Origin: Pocillopora damicornis
Taxonomy: Eukaryota
Length of the DNA: 64,000 nt
Assembly: GCF_003704095.1 (NCBI RefSeq)
Contig: NW_020843660.1
Location: 1-64,000, forward strand
Direction of reading: 5' to 3'
Of the stretch, positions 49,747 through 62,980 are shown piece by piece. The translations under genes were made by a program, and so were the position numbers. The notes under the pieces were generated by a model that was not told where the DNA came from, did no database searches, and saw only the letters and a list, made by a program, of their open reading frames with translations. Positions within the stretch are counted from its first letter, which is position 1, and every line of letters begins with the position of its first letter.

Positions 49747-49874
49747 AATAGATTTAAATGACATACCTAATATTTAAGGGGCAAAACTAACTTGTTAATA
49801 GAAACATCCCCAATAGATTTAAATGACATACCTAATATTCAAGGGGCAAAACTAACTTGTTAATAGAAACATCC
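49747..49874. repeat. Near-perfect tandem duplication, 65-bp period, downstream of the BAG stop codon
   Basis: AATAGATTTAAATGACATACCTAATATT(T/C)AAGGGGCAAAACTAACTTGTTAATAGAAACATCC occurs at 49747 and 49812. Confidence 0.9.
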
Positions 49875-50161
49875 AAAATTTACTCTTACTCTGATGTCTT
49901 GTACAGCTCATTTTATTCTAACTAAGTCAAAGTGGGATATTTCCATGAAGAAGCTGCCTACCTGGCTTAATCCTGTAATTTGGTGTCAAAACCACAGAGA
50001 TAAAGAAGGAAAAAAATGCTGCTAAAATATTGATATCACACAGCAGAGAGCAATCACGATTTATGACTAGTCAAACCTACTTCACAGCTTCTAGAATAAC
50101 ATATAATTTTATTGAATTCTTGTTAAATGGATGACAGGCTTACATGACTTCTGGAGCTTCT

Positions 50162-53100
50162 TCAGCCTTTATTCTCTAAAGTATCAATTAAAAATTGTAT
50201 TCTTTGAATGGCTGACTTGCGAGCCACTCGTACATCTTCTAATCCATCTGTCTGTACTTTATCAAGATCCAAAATCAGTTTTGTTAGTTGTTCATCAAGA
50301 TAAATAAACTCTCTGTCACCTTTAAAAAAGCAATATCATTAAATATATAATCAATCAAAGAATTAAGAATTGAAAGAGTCTCAAAATTGATGCATCATTA
50401 TCTTTTAAACAAATAATTTGGAGAGTTTGTTTGAATTGAAATTTCTCCTCTATTCGAACCCAGAGATATAAAAAATATCTTACTGAGTTTGAGGTCTGTA
50501 ACGTAAGATACTGATCCAGTGTCTGCTTGGATTTTTGTACCAAGTGCTTTGCACATGAACCCTAAAGCTGAGGGGAAAAAAACTTGGCCAATAACTTACA
50601 GGGCTGACCCTGCACTTGGTTGGCAAGAGGTATATACTGGTAGCAATCCTCTCTAGAAGTCCTTCAGTTAACTTTGCAACAAAACAATTTAAGACAATCC
50701 TGATCTCCAGCTGTACATTCAACTGCTGGGAGTCTTTAAATGATGACAATACAAGCACCTAACCCACTTATCCTCTGATCTGAGCTTGATCTCAAGTTAT
50801 CTAATACAATTCACAATCCACATGTAACTGAGTTGAGAAATCAAAAGGAAGACAAAACAATATTTAACTGACCTCTGGTTCCTGAAAAAGATAAAACTCT
50901 TGGTTCCAATTCCTCTGCATGACAAAGCAGTGTATCGATTGAATTAATTTTAGCATCTGATAAAGGTGACCTTCGTGTTGTGTATTGACTCCGAGGTTCA
51001 GGCTGGTGATAACCTGAGCCATACATCTGAGGAGCTGACTGTGCATAGGGTTGTCTGCCTGGGAAGCCTGGTTGTTGACCCAGGTTTGTGTATCCTGAAC
51101 CAACTGCATAAGAATTAGGAGGGTAACCAGGTGGTGGATGTTGGGGTTGTGACTGCCGCATCATTGACTGTTCAGTTGCATATGACACTGGAGGAGCACC
51201 TGGGTAAGGAGATGTGTGACCATACACAGAGGTTGGGGCAGGATTTGCAAATGGAGGAGCCCATTGGGTAGCCTGGGATGGAGCAGTTTGAGCATAGGAC
51301 TGAGTTCTTCCATCTATCATTTGTAGTGGTTGTCCCACAGGAGTTGGGCCATAGCCTTGATTTTCTTGTTTCACAGTTCTATTTCCTGGGATACTTTGTG
51401 TATGAGGTGAGGAGTAATTATAATTATTTTGGTATGGATGATGATGATGATGATAGGATTGTGCTCCAGGTGACTTTGGTTGTACAGGGGAGGGTGGCAT
51501 TACTTGCTGCTGTTGCTGGAGCTGTGAAGTAGCAGCACCCACTACAGATGGTATTGGTGGCTTTCCTGAAGGCTGCACTTGATTAGGAACCTGTCCTGGT
51601 GTCTGATAGGCTTGATACCCTCCTGGTCCTGTTGCCTGCATTGTCTGAGCATTAGGTTGTGGTGGACCCTGGCCTTGATTCTGAGGTGAAGGTTGATATG
51701 GTCGTACCTGGTATGGTTGACCAGGAGCTGATGTTGGAGTTTGGTATGCTTGGCTTGTTCGCGAGGGAGGCAAGGGACTCTGCACAGGCTGACCAGGGTA
51801 AAGTTGGCTTGGATTCAAAGACTGAGGTTGATAAAACTGATCAGGATTTGAAGCAGGCATCTGATATGGTTGACCTGGATATGGTGTTGCTTGATATTGT
51901 TGACTTGATTGACGAAGAACACCAGGTTTTGCTGACCCACCTAAGGCCGACACAGAATTAACAGCAGGGAATTGATATGCCTGACTGGTGTTCTGGGATG
52001 AAATTTCATAAGTTGGACCAGCAGCAGACATTGGTATCTGATATGGTTGACTAGAATCTGATCTCTGAGTCTGCTGTGGTTGGCCTTGAATCATTGGCTG
52101 TGCCTCATAAGGTTGGGAAGGACTTGGTCCTGGTACTGAATAAAGCGGTCCTCCAGGAGCCATCTGATTTGGTTGACCGGGGATCACTCGGTTTACTTGA
52201 CTAGATGACATTTGGTTTGGCTGACCATGTGGCATTTGGCTTGGGTGACCATGTGGCGTTTGGTTTGACTGACCAGAAGGCATTTGGTTTGGGTGACTAG
52301 ATGGCATTAGATTTGGCTGACTGAAAACCATTTGACTTGGCTGACTAGATGGCAGTTGGCTTGGTTGAGGAAGTGGCATTTGGCTTGATGGAGCTGGAGC
52401 TTGGTTTTGTTGATTTGATAATATCTGACTGGATTGACCAGGTAACATGTGATTTAAATGACCAGGAGGCACTTGGTTTGGCTGGTCAGGTAACACTGGA
52501 AAAGGTTGACCAGGGTTTGACACTGGGCTTTGAGAAACTTGCCCTGAAATAGGAGGAGGCATTTGGTAGAGTTGACCTGGAGACGATGGTACTGGTGTAG
52601 AGTATTGCTGACCTGACGGCAACTGGAATGTTTGGGATGGATTCTGGTTTCCCAAGGATCCGCCAGGTCCCTGTCAAATAGAAAAGAATTTCAGTTCAGT
52701 GAGCAATCCACTGCTGAGAAGTGGTAACCATGCTTTTCACTCCAAAGTGAAAAATTATAGGATGATTCATGATGATTGTGTTTGATATTCCTAATCCTAA
52801 ACCTAAGTTATACTTACTAATGCAATCTCAATTTCTCTTTAAGAAATTTAACAGGTAGTTTAATTATCTTATAATTCAAGGAACTAAATACTGGAATCAA
52901 ACTATGTCCTGTTTGTGCTGATTCATGAAGGACAAATCTTGCATCACTGGTATAAATCATGGTATGCAAGAAAGCTCTTGACTTCTAGTATCAAAATATT
53001 TTAATTATGGTCACAACTGTTCTGCTGTGGCTGAGTTTAGATTTTCTTGACTTCCACTCATAGCAAATCAACCACCATAATAAGAACTGTGCAGGTTTTG

Positions 53101-56100
53101 GTAAGTCATTGTCAAGTGTTATTGCAGGATGGAATTTGGATGTTCTAATCTTGAATAGCCAGTCCATTCAAACTACATCACATTTGTGATCACACAGAGG
53201 AGAGGATAGTCTATATTTGGTTTCAACTCCAGGTTGCTACAGCAGTGTGGCATTGTGAAAAAAATCCATCACTAATCTATCACTTACACAAAGTAATAAA
53301 AATATACATGTTTTGTAGAACATGCATGCAGAATCTGATAAAAATGTTTGATGAAAAAAAAAAAAATGGTGCAAAACAAGCACATGCCATAAAATTTAGG
53401 CCATGTGGTTGTTCCAGTCTTTTCATTTCTCTCCCACTTTTGTGTTGCGACAACAACAGTTTTGACTATAACTGATGTACTTCAATCAATTAATCAATCA
53501 ATCAATGAGTCAATCAATCAGTCAATCAATATGTCAATCATTTTATTTAGTGATGCAGGTTACAAAAGTGGCAGCCATGAGGCTGATGTGGACCTACAAT
53601 TAACTAATAAAATGTAAAATAATAAACAAAATAATTTGTAAAATCACCCTATGGTATTAGAATTCAGTACAAGTCAATAAAATGAGGTTCATTGACAAAG
53701 TAAAGTTTCAAACTAATCTAGAAATTTATGTACAGTATAATAATACCTAAAAATATACAAAATCTTGGTCTTTCATAGCTATTATGGGTGCTTCGAATAA
53801 GAAGCTATTTATGTTTTGTGAGAGCCTATGTAAAATGTTTTTTAAACTGTCTTTTGGAACATTTGCATTAAAAATTACCAACCTAGTTATAAAATTCCAG
53901 ATTACAGGGCCTCTGTATTGAGCTGATTCCTTTCCCACTTTGTACATCACCCTAGGGATTTCAATCTGTAACCCGCATTGTGTGACAAGTTATTACGTAT
54001 CACGCACTAAAAATAAAATCAACCAAATCCACAAAAAGCTCATTTGTCTTGAACATTTCACTGATAGGTTTTCAGGAGGTCAAAGGATACGATGTTTCGT
54101 GAACATAAAAACAATAAATAAATGACTGATTTATTAATTTGGGTGACCAACTAGGAGGCCCGGGCACCTCAGCCAAAATTTTGATTTGGGCAACCATCTT
54201 TTAGGCCTGGGCACCCAAGCTAAAACGCTTGGGAGCCCAAAGGGCTCCCTGAAATTTTCCTTAGAGCAAAGCCTTGGATTAGTTAACAGAACTTAATCCA
54301 TTGTCTTTGGAAAATACTTCCTTTGGATCCTTTGACTTTTTTCATTGAAGATTTCATCATTGCAGAGTCATTTAGCTTGAATTTGTTTTCCACGCTGACA
54401 ACCAGAACTGTTGTTTGCTAAAAAATGCGCATGTGATTTGTCCCTATGCGCTCTTAAATCGACAGGTGTCAGATTGTGACAGATACTTTTAAAAAAATGT
54501 TTTGAAGTTTTCTTGGAAGCCTTTTAAATCACCTTTTAATATCATTATGCAAATAAATATGTTTTGATGAAACCACTCGCTTTCATTTGCATTGCCCTTG
54601 TTTTCTCTACCATCTACTCACACAAAAATTGTTCCGTTTATGGAGAATCTTGCCATAATTATAGCCCTTTATCATTCAGATTCTTTTCAAAACCATTTGT
54701 TAGGTTTTAGAAAGAAATAAAAATGTTATTCACCATCCAAGGTTGGTCCATATTGGGAAAAACTGTGCCCTCTGTCTTATGTACTGCCTGAGGCCTATGG
54801 CCTGGTGGTATCCAAGATAGAGGACACAGTTTTTCCCAATACGGACTTCCCATCTGGTGAATAACATATATGTAGTTACTTAATCTTGTTAGGAATGCAG
54901 ATCATGCCTCAGAACAGCCTTCATTTTGCTCAGTTTTCCATAGTGCTGTATTTTTCAAAATAATCTTCTCAAATATTATTATTTCTGAGACTATTCTGGG
55001 GCTGTAAGATTATACTGTAAGAGTTAAAGAGGTCTGCTTTTATTCTCCCATTGTTTAGGTTCATGCAGGTCAAATTTTGTATTCTTTAGTGAATTTGTAT
55101 TCTTCTGCTCTACTCAGCAAACTGAGAATAAGCCAAACTGTTGTATATATACCTTTGTTGTGTTACACTAACACAAACAAATGGCCAATTTGTTTAACAT
55201 CACATTAACAGACCTTGGTTTTTAATAGGAAAGTGAACAAGAGTGAAAATAACTTGGCAAGAATCCACAAGACACTAGCTAGACTGGCTGTAAACATGAA
55301 TACGGATTTATCAAAAAATTCCAGGAGATGAAGGAGATTTAGTTGTTACTAGTATTGAAGTTGATATCTGGACCAAGTGAATGGTTACTAATATCATCTG
55401 CAGATCCCTTTCACTACCTTGTAACTTGTACCTGGTGACTTTCATACATTTTTGAAAGTCACTAAACCATAACACATTAACAGACGACACATTGCGCCAA
55501 AACTTGTTCGGTTTTTGAAGATATTTATTGCTGTAAAAGAATATACTTAGAATTCCACTTCCGTGAAAGGTATCAGAATTGTAAACAAATTCTGGATCAG
55601 CCACACAGGTAATACGTAATACAACACGTCACTATGACCAAAAAAATGCCTTAAATTTCACAAAGTTTTCAATTAAATGAAGAGCAGCTGAACTAAAACT
55701 TCTAATCAAATGTGTTTAACGACCCAGATTTTTCAAGAGCATCTTAATTTTGACAAATATTCCCTCAAGTGACACAGGAAAAAATGCAGTACAACGACAT
55801 TGTCTAGGTAACGATATGTGTTACCAACCAATTTATTGCGTTTTAGCTCAGCCAAAATATTATAAAATCAGTTTAAGTGATCTGTTTTATATAAATTCTT
55901 CGCTATCAGACCCACCAACATTGTTGACATTTCAGAACTACTCAAGCTAGACGTCAGCTATTAAAGCATACAAAATATCCATTTTCAATTAGTTCGAAGA
56001 AAAGCATTTTGTGACCATTTTGAGTCACGAAAACCAAGATCAAACTCACATGCATCATCAATAGTACACCTAGCACGGTGTTAAACAGCATTACTAACCT

Positions 56101-56254
56101 GATAATGTTTCTGCCTTACTCTTGGATCTTCCCAAGATGTTGTCCGCGTCTTATGATCGATGAAGAATGGTTTTCCAGAAGTAGGGTCCACTTTCATCTC
56201 CCAGCCTTGAGGGAGAGGCGGATAACCAGGTGTACAACCTTGATAAATTTCCAT
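50162..56254 (-). CDS. BAG-family Hsp70 co-chaperone with N-terminal WW domain (BAG3-like architecture), ~703 aa
   Basis: Exons: 56254-56099, 52670-50873, 50319-50162; 2112 nt. The start codon is uncertain. WW: [36 protein letters not shown]: [54 protein letters not shown]. Confidence 0.85.
53483..53950 (-). mobile_element. 5'-truncated LINE (CR1/L2-like) 3' remnant in BAG intron 1
   Basis: ORF fragment [14 protein letters not shown] resembles the end of CR1/L2 ORF2. On the minus strand it is followed by AATAAA and an (ATTG)n tail (53483-53530). Confidence 0.65.
54723..54867. mobile_element. Palindromic MITE
   Basis: ATGTTATTCACCA...TATTGGGAAAAACTGTG versus CACAGTTTTTCCCAATA...TGGTGAATAACAT. 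Confidence 0.7.
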
Positions 56255-57933
56255 CTGATGGCTATGTGCTGTAAAGCTCAATGCAAAAGAGCTCTTCCGT
56301 CAATATTTTCAGAAGATAAATGAGTTGCTTCCACAACGTCATTAACGTCCGCCATTACACCTTGCTGATCGCAAAGAATTATGGGTCTATTACAGGTTAT
56401 CTATGAAAGAGTTGGTACACCCCGCCTGGAAATATGTTTTTTGTCTGTTGTTGTGTTGCTGTTGCGGCAATTTTTCCCACTCTTTCGTGAAGATATTAGC
56501 CATCTCAGGTTCAGCCTTAAACGCTAAGTTACATTTTATAAACAAGGGTGAAGTAAAATTTGTAACTATTTTCTGATTTCAGAAAATTACTAGAGTGGGA
56601 AGTGGACCCTCCGCTTTGCCACTACACCAGCAAGTCGATAACTGAATTCTTAGCCGATACTTAAAATAGAGAAGTATGTATTGTAAATCTTTAGTGAATA
56701 CAAAAGCAAACCGCATGTAAATTGCAACAAAATCCAAGATGTTTCACTCTGGAGAGCGGGGCTAGATGTAGACGGCCTCAGGGAGCCTTTAGCTCTTGCC
56801 GGCTCGGTCGCGGGTGTAATCAGGAGGAATAGTTTCGTTACGAAAATAGGTAAAATATAAGACCTTTTCTTAGGGTTTTCTTTCCATCCTAAAAAATAGT
56901 TGTTTGGGGATATCCATTACACCGGTCAGCTATGGACGGGAAGGGGTGCAGAAACGAAAAATTTTCCTAAAAATGTAAGTTTTTTCCATTATTTCAATGG
57001 TGGTCTCACTTACAATAATAAAAATCGCTGAACTTAAAAAAAGGGGTGCAGAGACGGAAAATGTCCGTTAAATCCATTCTTCTAATGTTGATCCCGGAAA
57101 TACCAATAAAAATCGCTGAACTTAAAAAAACTCACTTAACTTAAAGAACTGGAATAGAGCTCTTCGTCAATATGTTGTTAGAAACAATCGTCGAGTGTTT
57201 TAAGTTGCAAGCATCGTAGCAGATTCATGCAGAGTCCTCTACAAACAGAATGGATAATCTGCTCAATAACCTATTAGTCAAACGAACACATGTACCGTGT
57301 AGGTCTGAGAGCGTTTAAACTTCGTAAAGCGTAATGATCAGCTCGGTGCGGGGGTGGGGCTGGGGAATTGGGAACCCGTGTGGGATATTAGAAAAGCTGT
57401 TTTCGAGCCTTTTTCTGGTTACCCTAGTTTCTCAGGTACTGATACTTCAGTCTGCTGTAGAATCTCGAGGGAGAGTAATCTCCAAAAATTCGCGGGTTCT
57501 TGGTACTAAGATGTAGGGGGTTATTGTCCTGCAAATGTCAAGTCCAGAGTGCACTGCGTCGTGTTTGCTCTCATGTTTTGCTCCACCCTTGTTCGGCTGG
57601 GAGCGTTGATTATATCCTAAGTTTTATCATTCGAAACTTAAGTTTTCTTTCAGCTCATTTGTGCTCGCAGTTGCTTCTGTGACCGCACTTTTTCGCGAAA
57701 CAGCGCTAAACAAATTCAGTCATCTAGAGCACTTATGACCTTACCCCACGCTTTGATCACACTGGATTGACTGGATCAGACAACGCCAGCTGTACAATAA
57801 CTGATCCAGGGATTCATGAACATATAAAGATAGGTGTGCTAGTGTTAGAGGCTGGTTCGCAAAGCAGAAATTACGATTGAGAGACCAGTCTTCGAATACA
57901 GGCGGCTACATTTTAGTCCGGTAAAAAGCTACA

Positions 57934-60900
57934 ATGTTGGAACCAAAGGACCCGGATCTTTTGTGGATAGTTATTGTGGGTTTCATTGTTGCCTTTGTCT
58001 TGGCTTTTGGAATCGGAGCAAACGATGTAGCGAATTCATTTGGAACTTCCGTGGGAGCCAAAGTGTTGACTCTCCGGCAAGCCTGCATTATTGCAACGAT
58101 CTTTGAACTGTCCGGAGCAGTTCTCATTGGAGCCAGAGTATCAGGTAACGGCCATCACAGGATACTGAAGAGAGTGTTTGACCTTAATTAAGTTTGACCT
58201 TGGAGGTTTCACCATGTCTGATGAATTTATTATGTATTCAAGATGCTTCTCTGTCCCTTTTGATTTTCAATGTTTATGGAAAGGGGTGATTTCATTATCT
58301 TAGGCATACTCCTCATTAGCAGATGTTTTTGTACGAAAATCGTCCTGATTGTGTTGAACAATGATCGTAATATTGCCTCAACCCATGAACAGTTCGAATA
58401 TCGTGAGATTAAGCTTACTGATCAACACGATATGAATTTAAAACTTCATCTTCAATGGCCCTGGAAGTTTACATAATAAATGATTGTTTTTTAATGGAAG
58501 TTGATATTAGTTTCCAGTATTTCCATACAACAATAGCAGCTCAGAGTACAAGTGTGTTCACTGATCCGATTCATTCATCTCCACAGCTGAGTGATTTTTT
58601 TAAGCATTTGAGGATACATTCAATTATTTTAAGAACCGAAAAAAACTTTTGTGAAAATATTCTTGTCCTTCTGACATGATTATTTTCTTTTTGCCATGGA
58701 GTTATTGAAAGATGTCATTACGTGGCTTCTATTGTTTGCAATTTGCAAGTTTGAGGTTTCACATTTGACCGTTACGAATGTAATTTCCAAAGTGGTTGGA
58801 AGGGCTGAATGAATATGTTTTTATGTTCAGTGAACTGTTTCATGTAATTTTGATAATTAGGATGCAAGTTACTTAGATTTGTGTCAGACAAGGTCACAAT
58901 TTTAAGCTAAATGAACACTATTCTGGGTTTAATAAATATTCATGAAATGCAGCCATAAAATAATAATTTTTCTGGTTACAGAATAACTCAAGAGATCACA
59001 TCATAGTTAAGAGTAATCAACAAGGGGGTTAACTGAGAATGATTAACACCAGTTTTCAAATTTCTAACTTCACTAATGTGGCCTGCAATGTGACTGCTCA
59101 AGGTGATATTAGAACTGTGGGAGAACAAAAAAAACTTTTAACTCGGGATTGGTCTAAGCTCTAAAAATAAAAATGTTCTGAAATTTTTTAGTTTTATGCA
59201 CTTGGTTTAAATATTTCATTAACAATGTCCAGAAATCATCTTCTATGTAAGCTTGATTTGCTAGTCACTTATTTCCACTTCACCAGCACTTTTAATTTGA
59301 TAGCTCAAGTGGATCAGATTACTGTGATATAAATGGCCTTACCCATTTTCCTTCTCTTGCAATTTTGAAGTCTAATTTGTAAAATCACAACAAAAACTGT
59401 TCAGGTTAGTTTACTTAATTAAGTCTAATTTTCAAGAAATGATAACTCACTGATATCATCCTTCAGACCAAATTATTAAAGGGACATGAATATTGAAGCT
59501 TTTGTTTTTCTTGTTCATAGACACAGTAAGGAAAGGAATCATTGATATAAACTCCTTTAATGGTACTGAAGAACTGGCTATGATTGGATCACTGAGTGCT
59601 CTCAGTGGTACAGGAATATGGCTGATAGTTGCAACATTTTTTAACCTTCCTGTGTCAGGGACTCACAGTGTTGTTGGTGCTACTATGGGTTATGCATTAG
59701 TGGCACATGGGCTTGCAGGAGTCAAGTGGAAGACTTTTGGACTCATTGGTGAGTCTTTTAGCCTAAAGAAATCCATCATTCTTGATTACAGTTGTGGATG
59801 ATTAAAAGATTTGGATCAATATCAGTATCTGGGCAACTGCCCACCTACCCCTCCCCTAACCTAACATTCACCCTAACTTGTTATCAATTGACTGTTATTA
59901 GGTTAGGGGAAGGGTAGGTGGGCAGTTGCCCAGATACTGATATTGATCCAAGGATTTAGTAGAGAGAATTAGTCAGTTGTTGTAAAACATAGAGCTTATC
60001 AAACTAGATTCCTTTTTTAAATTGATTTTATAAAACTTCAATTACAACAGTTGCCTTATCTCTGTAACAGAATTTTAAAACCTTCATTACATGTTTGAAA
60101 AATGAAGTAGAAACCTGAAGGTATTTTTTAATAATCTTGGTCAAGTGTTGTTGATGACTATGATAGTTTTGGATTTTTTATGACTATTTACCTTTTTCTA
60201 TTTGTAGCTGCATCTTGGGTCATATCTCCATTGCTGTCAGGACTTTCAAGTTCTATCATCTTTGTTCTTATTCGACATTTCATACTTTCCAAAGTAAGAA
60301 ACCAAGGTTTGATCTAATGAAAAACTGTACCTAGTTTTTGTTCTTGTGCAAGGAGCACTTATTAAATAATGGTATAACTACAAATTAGGCAGTTTTCATA
60401 TTTAATAAACTTCATATTTCTGTGGTTGGGAGAAGTAAGCTTTTTATTAAACTTTTACACCTGCACAGTTTCTAACTGCCAAGCAGAAACAGAATTTATT
60501 GCTTTGTGTATAGTCTTTATCTTTAAAGCAAAATATGTGGAATGTAATGGGATGCTGCTTGGGTTTGTGTTTTTTTATTTTTTAACCCATTTCTAATTAC
60601 ATTTAACTGAAAAAGGTCTTAGTTTTTTATTAGTGAATCTGAAGCCTTTTGAATACACCAGGTAATAGTACAGTCCCCTGACTTATTTTTTGTTGCTTTG
60701 TTTTGCTTTATTTTGTTTGTTTGCCAAATGTTATTAGCCAAGTCTCATAAAAATTAATGCTAGTATTGGTTGACAGAGAGAGCTTACATAGCATTGTGGC
60801 AAATATTGAGTGCTTTTCTAATTGACTCAGTGTTATTTGTATACTGCTTGATTTATTTTCAATTGAAAGAGTTGCACTTTTGATTAGTATCTGTAGTTTG

Positions 60901-61800
60901 ATACAGATTTTGGTAATGAATGTACATTCCCTGAATCCTTTATTAATTTGAAATTTTGATGTACAGTTATTGTAACTTTTTTTCCAGATTAACGCATTTG
61001 ATATTGGTCTGAAGTCACTGCCTTTATTTTATGCCATAACAATAGCCATTAATTTCTTCTCAGTGTTCTACAAGGGATCTCATGGTAAGAAGAGTTTCTG
61101 TAGAAAACATTGAGATAACATGATTTTTGATATAAAGTACTTTTTAATGGTGTAGATAAAATCTGTAGGGTTTTTGATAATTATATAATTTTTCTTTAAG
61201 AGGTACTTTCATTATTTGGTCAAATTATTTTACATCATTTCCCAGTTTAATTAAGTTTTCTTTAATTTGTTCTTCTCCATGACTAGAAAATGTTTCTTAA
61301 ACCAGTAAAATAGGGGGCACTCTCTAGCTTATAAACCTTCTTTATTTTCATCACTTGTTTCATGAAGAATGTGCTGAAATCATGAGGAGAAATTACATGC
61401 CAATGAATAAGAACAATATAAATTAATTATTAACTTATGTTAATTGGCAAAGAAGTTGGGAGTAAGTCCTTCAAATTAAAACACTGTCAATGATAGAACT
61501 CATATTGAGTAATGACATGATTAATTGGAGGTTCTATTCAATTGTTTTCAGTATTGGGCTTTGATCGCATTCCACTGTATGGTGTGTTAATCCTGTCAGT
61601 TGGAGGTGGTATTCTCTCAGCAATTATTGTACTCTTTGTTGTGTCTCCATACTTGAAGAAGAAAATTCTGAGGGAAGTATATGGTGATGAAAGAGAAACA
61701 ACTTTATCTGCTGGTTCACCAGCTGCTGCCCATTTCTCCAAATCAACTTTGATTAAAAGTATTGAGCCAGAAGTTTTTACTGATGAACAAGGTTCAAGAA
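57934..61800 (+). CDS. SLC20A: Sodium-dependent phosphate transporter, SLC20/PiT family; 5' exons only, gene continues beyond the last exon found
   Basis: Exons: 57934-58144, 59521-59748, 60208-60293, 60988-61084, 61552-61800. Signature [16 protein letters not shown], plus [33 protein letters not shown]. Confidence 0.92.
59811..59951. mobile_element. Near-perfect hairpin MITE in SLC20 intron 2
   Basis: TTGGATCAATATCAGTATCTGGGCAACTGCCCACCTACCC versus GGGTAGGTGGGCAGTTGCCCAGATACTGATATTGATCCAA: 40-bp perfect arms, extendable to ~54 bp. Confidence 0.85.
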
Positions 61801-62471
61801 GTAAGTTTTTGTTCAAGACACAACTTTACTTCCATGTCAAATTTGTATTCAATCTTAAATAGTTTATCATATTTTTACTTGCTGAATAGAGGGTATTTTA
61901 AAAAACTGTGACCAATTAAGTAACACTGATGGTGCAGTTTCCTTTACCGAGGGAAGAGTTTGCATGGCTTCGTGGAAAATAAGAACAAATGAAGCTATGA
62001 ACAAATTCCCACAACATCTGCAAAAATACCTTTGAATCCCACCTTATAAAGAAGGAATGATAGAATGAGTTAATTATTAATACCAATGGAATCCCTCCAA
62101 CATGACTGAAATCTAAGAGATAAGTGTTCAGATTTATACTTACTATGCTATTGCAGTGACTCAAACAAACGTTTGGTAATGTGCTGTGTTTAGTACATGA
62201 TACCTAAGTTAAGAAAAGTGTTCTTAAAAGACAAAGTCATTTTAAAAATCGCATATCTTTTGTGACCACTAATTTATAGTTTACACTAAGCTGAGTTGGC
62301 CACCATTTTTTCAGCTTCCAAAGTTGCTCCAATCCTGGAGAAAATCCAGTTCAAAGTAGCCAATGTGCACCATCATTTTGAATAGCTAGTTAGCATATAG
62401 TGGCGATGTCAGACTTTCCAACATATTATTACCCCCTGCACATTTCCAGTGTTTACCTTTTGATTGTGGTC

Positions 62472-62980
62472 ATGGCATCTCATAAACAACATTGTTTTAA
62501 GCCAAAACAAGCTCAAAATCTGGACGAAAACAGTGACGGAGATGGTGAAATGAAGAATCTACTTGAAACTACAGATAGGTGCTCTTGTGGCTTACGCCAA
62601 GTGCTACCAACGCCAAAAGAGTGCATTCACTGTCAAAAACAAGCAGACTGGAAAACAAGACGGAGAATACAAATGCTTATATGAATGAGTGTTGGCTATA
62701 ATGAGTGAATACTTTTAATGGAATGTGGTGTCATTTTGCTTGACTTAAGTGTTGGAAATTGCACTTGTAAGAAATTAGCTTTAACAAACTATATTTGTAT
62801 TTATCTCTGTGTATTTTGTGTCTATAATTTTTCACTGCTGGGCAAAATGCAGGGGTTTCATGTATCTTAGAGAAGGAGGAATTCCCGGCCGTGTGCTTAA
62901 ATCGAGCACATTGTTACCAACTGCGATGATGGGCCTGTACAACTATAGTAGATCACCTATGCCTTCACCATTGCAGAATT
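62472..62980 (+). pseudogene. Decayed P2X7-C-terminal-like Cys-rich protein gene (type carried by KolobokP transposons) in a probable SLC20 intron
   Basis: MASHKQHCFKP...LETTDRCSCGLRQVLPTPKECIHCQ, then after an AG at 62852 GVSCILEKEEFPAVCLNR, then a frameshift to LPTAMMGLYN. Matches the pattern WCxCGxCxxMPTxxECxCC...CI...FxxVCLN with several Cys lost. Confidence 0.55.

Noticed and set aside
5943-56254. Functional 'proteostasis/stress gene cluster' (TXNDC5, CCS, SDF2, IMPACT, BAG)
   Set aside because: Thematically tempting, but I found no shared ERSE/UPRE/HSE motif, and such housekeeping neighbours arise by chance. It would need synteny and co-expression data.
56940-57130. Short direct repeats (AGGGGTGCAGA.ACG.AAA and AATAAAAATCGCTGAACTTAAAAAAA, twice each) as a CRISPR-like array
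   Set aside because: Only two copies each, no regular spacers, and a eukaryotic context; a local duplication or transposon fragment.
62400-62684. 94-aa ORF as the next SLC20 exon
   Set aside because: No acceptor in the required phase gives an open frame, and the peptide matches a P2X7-C-like relic instead.
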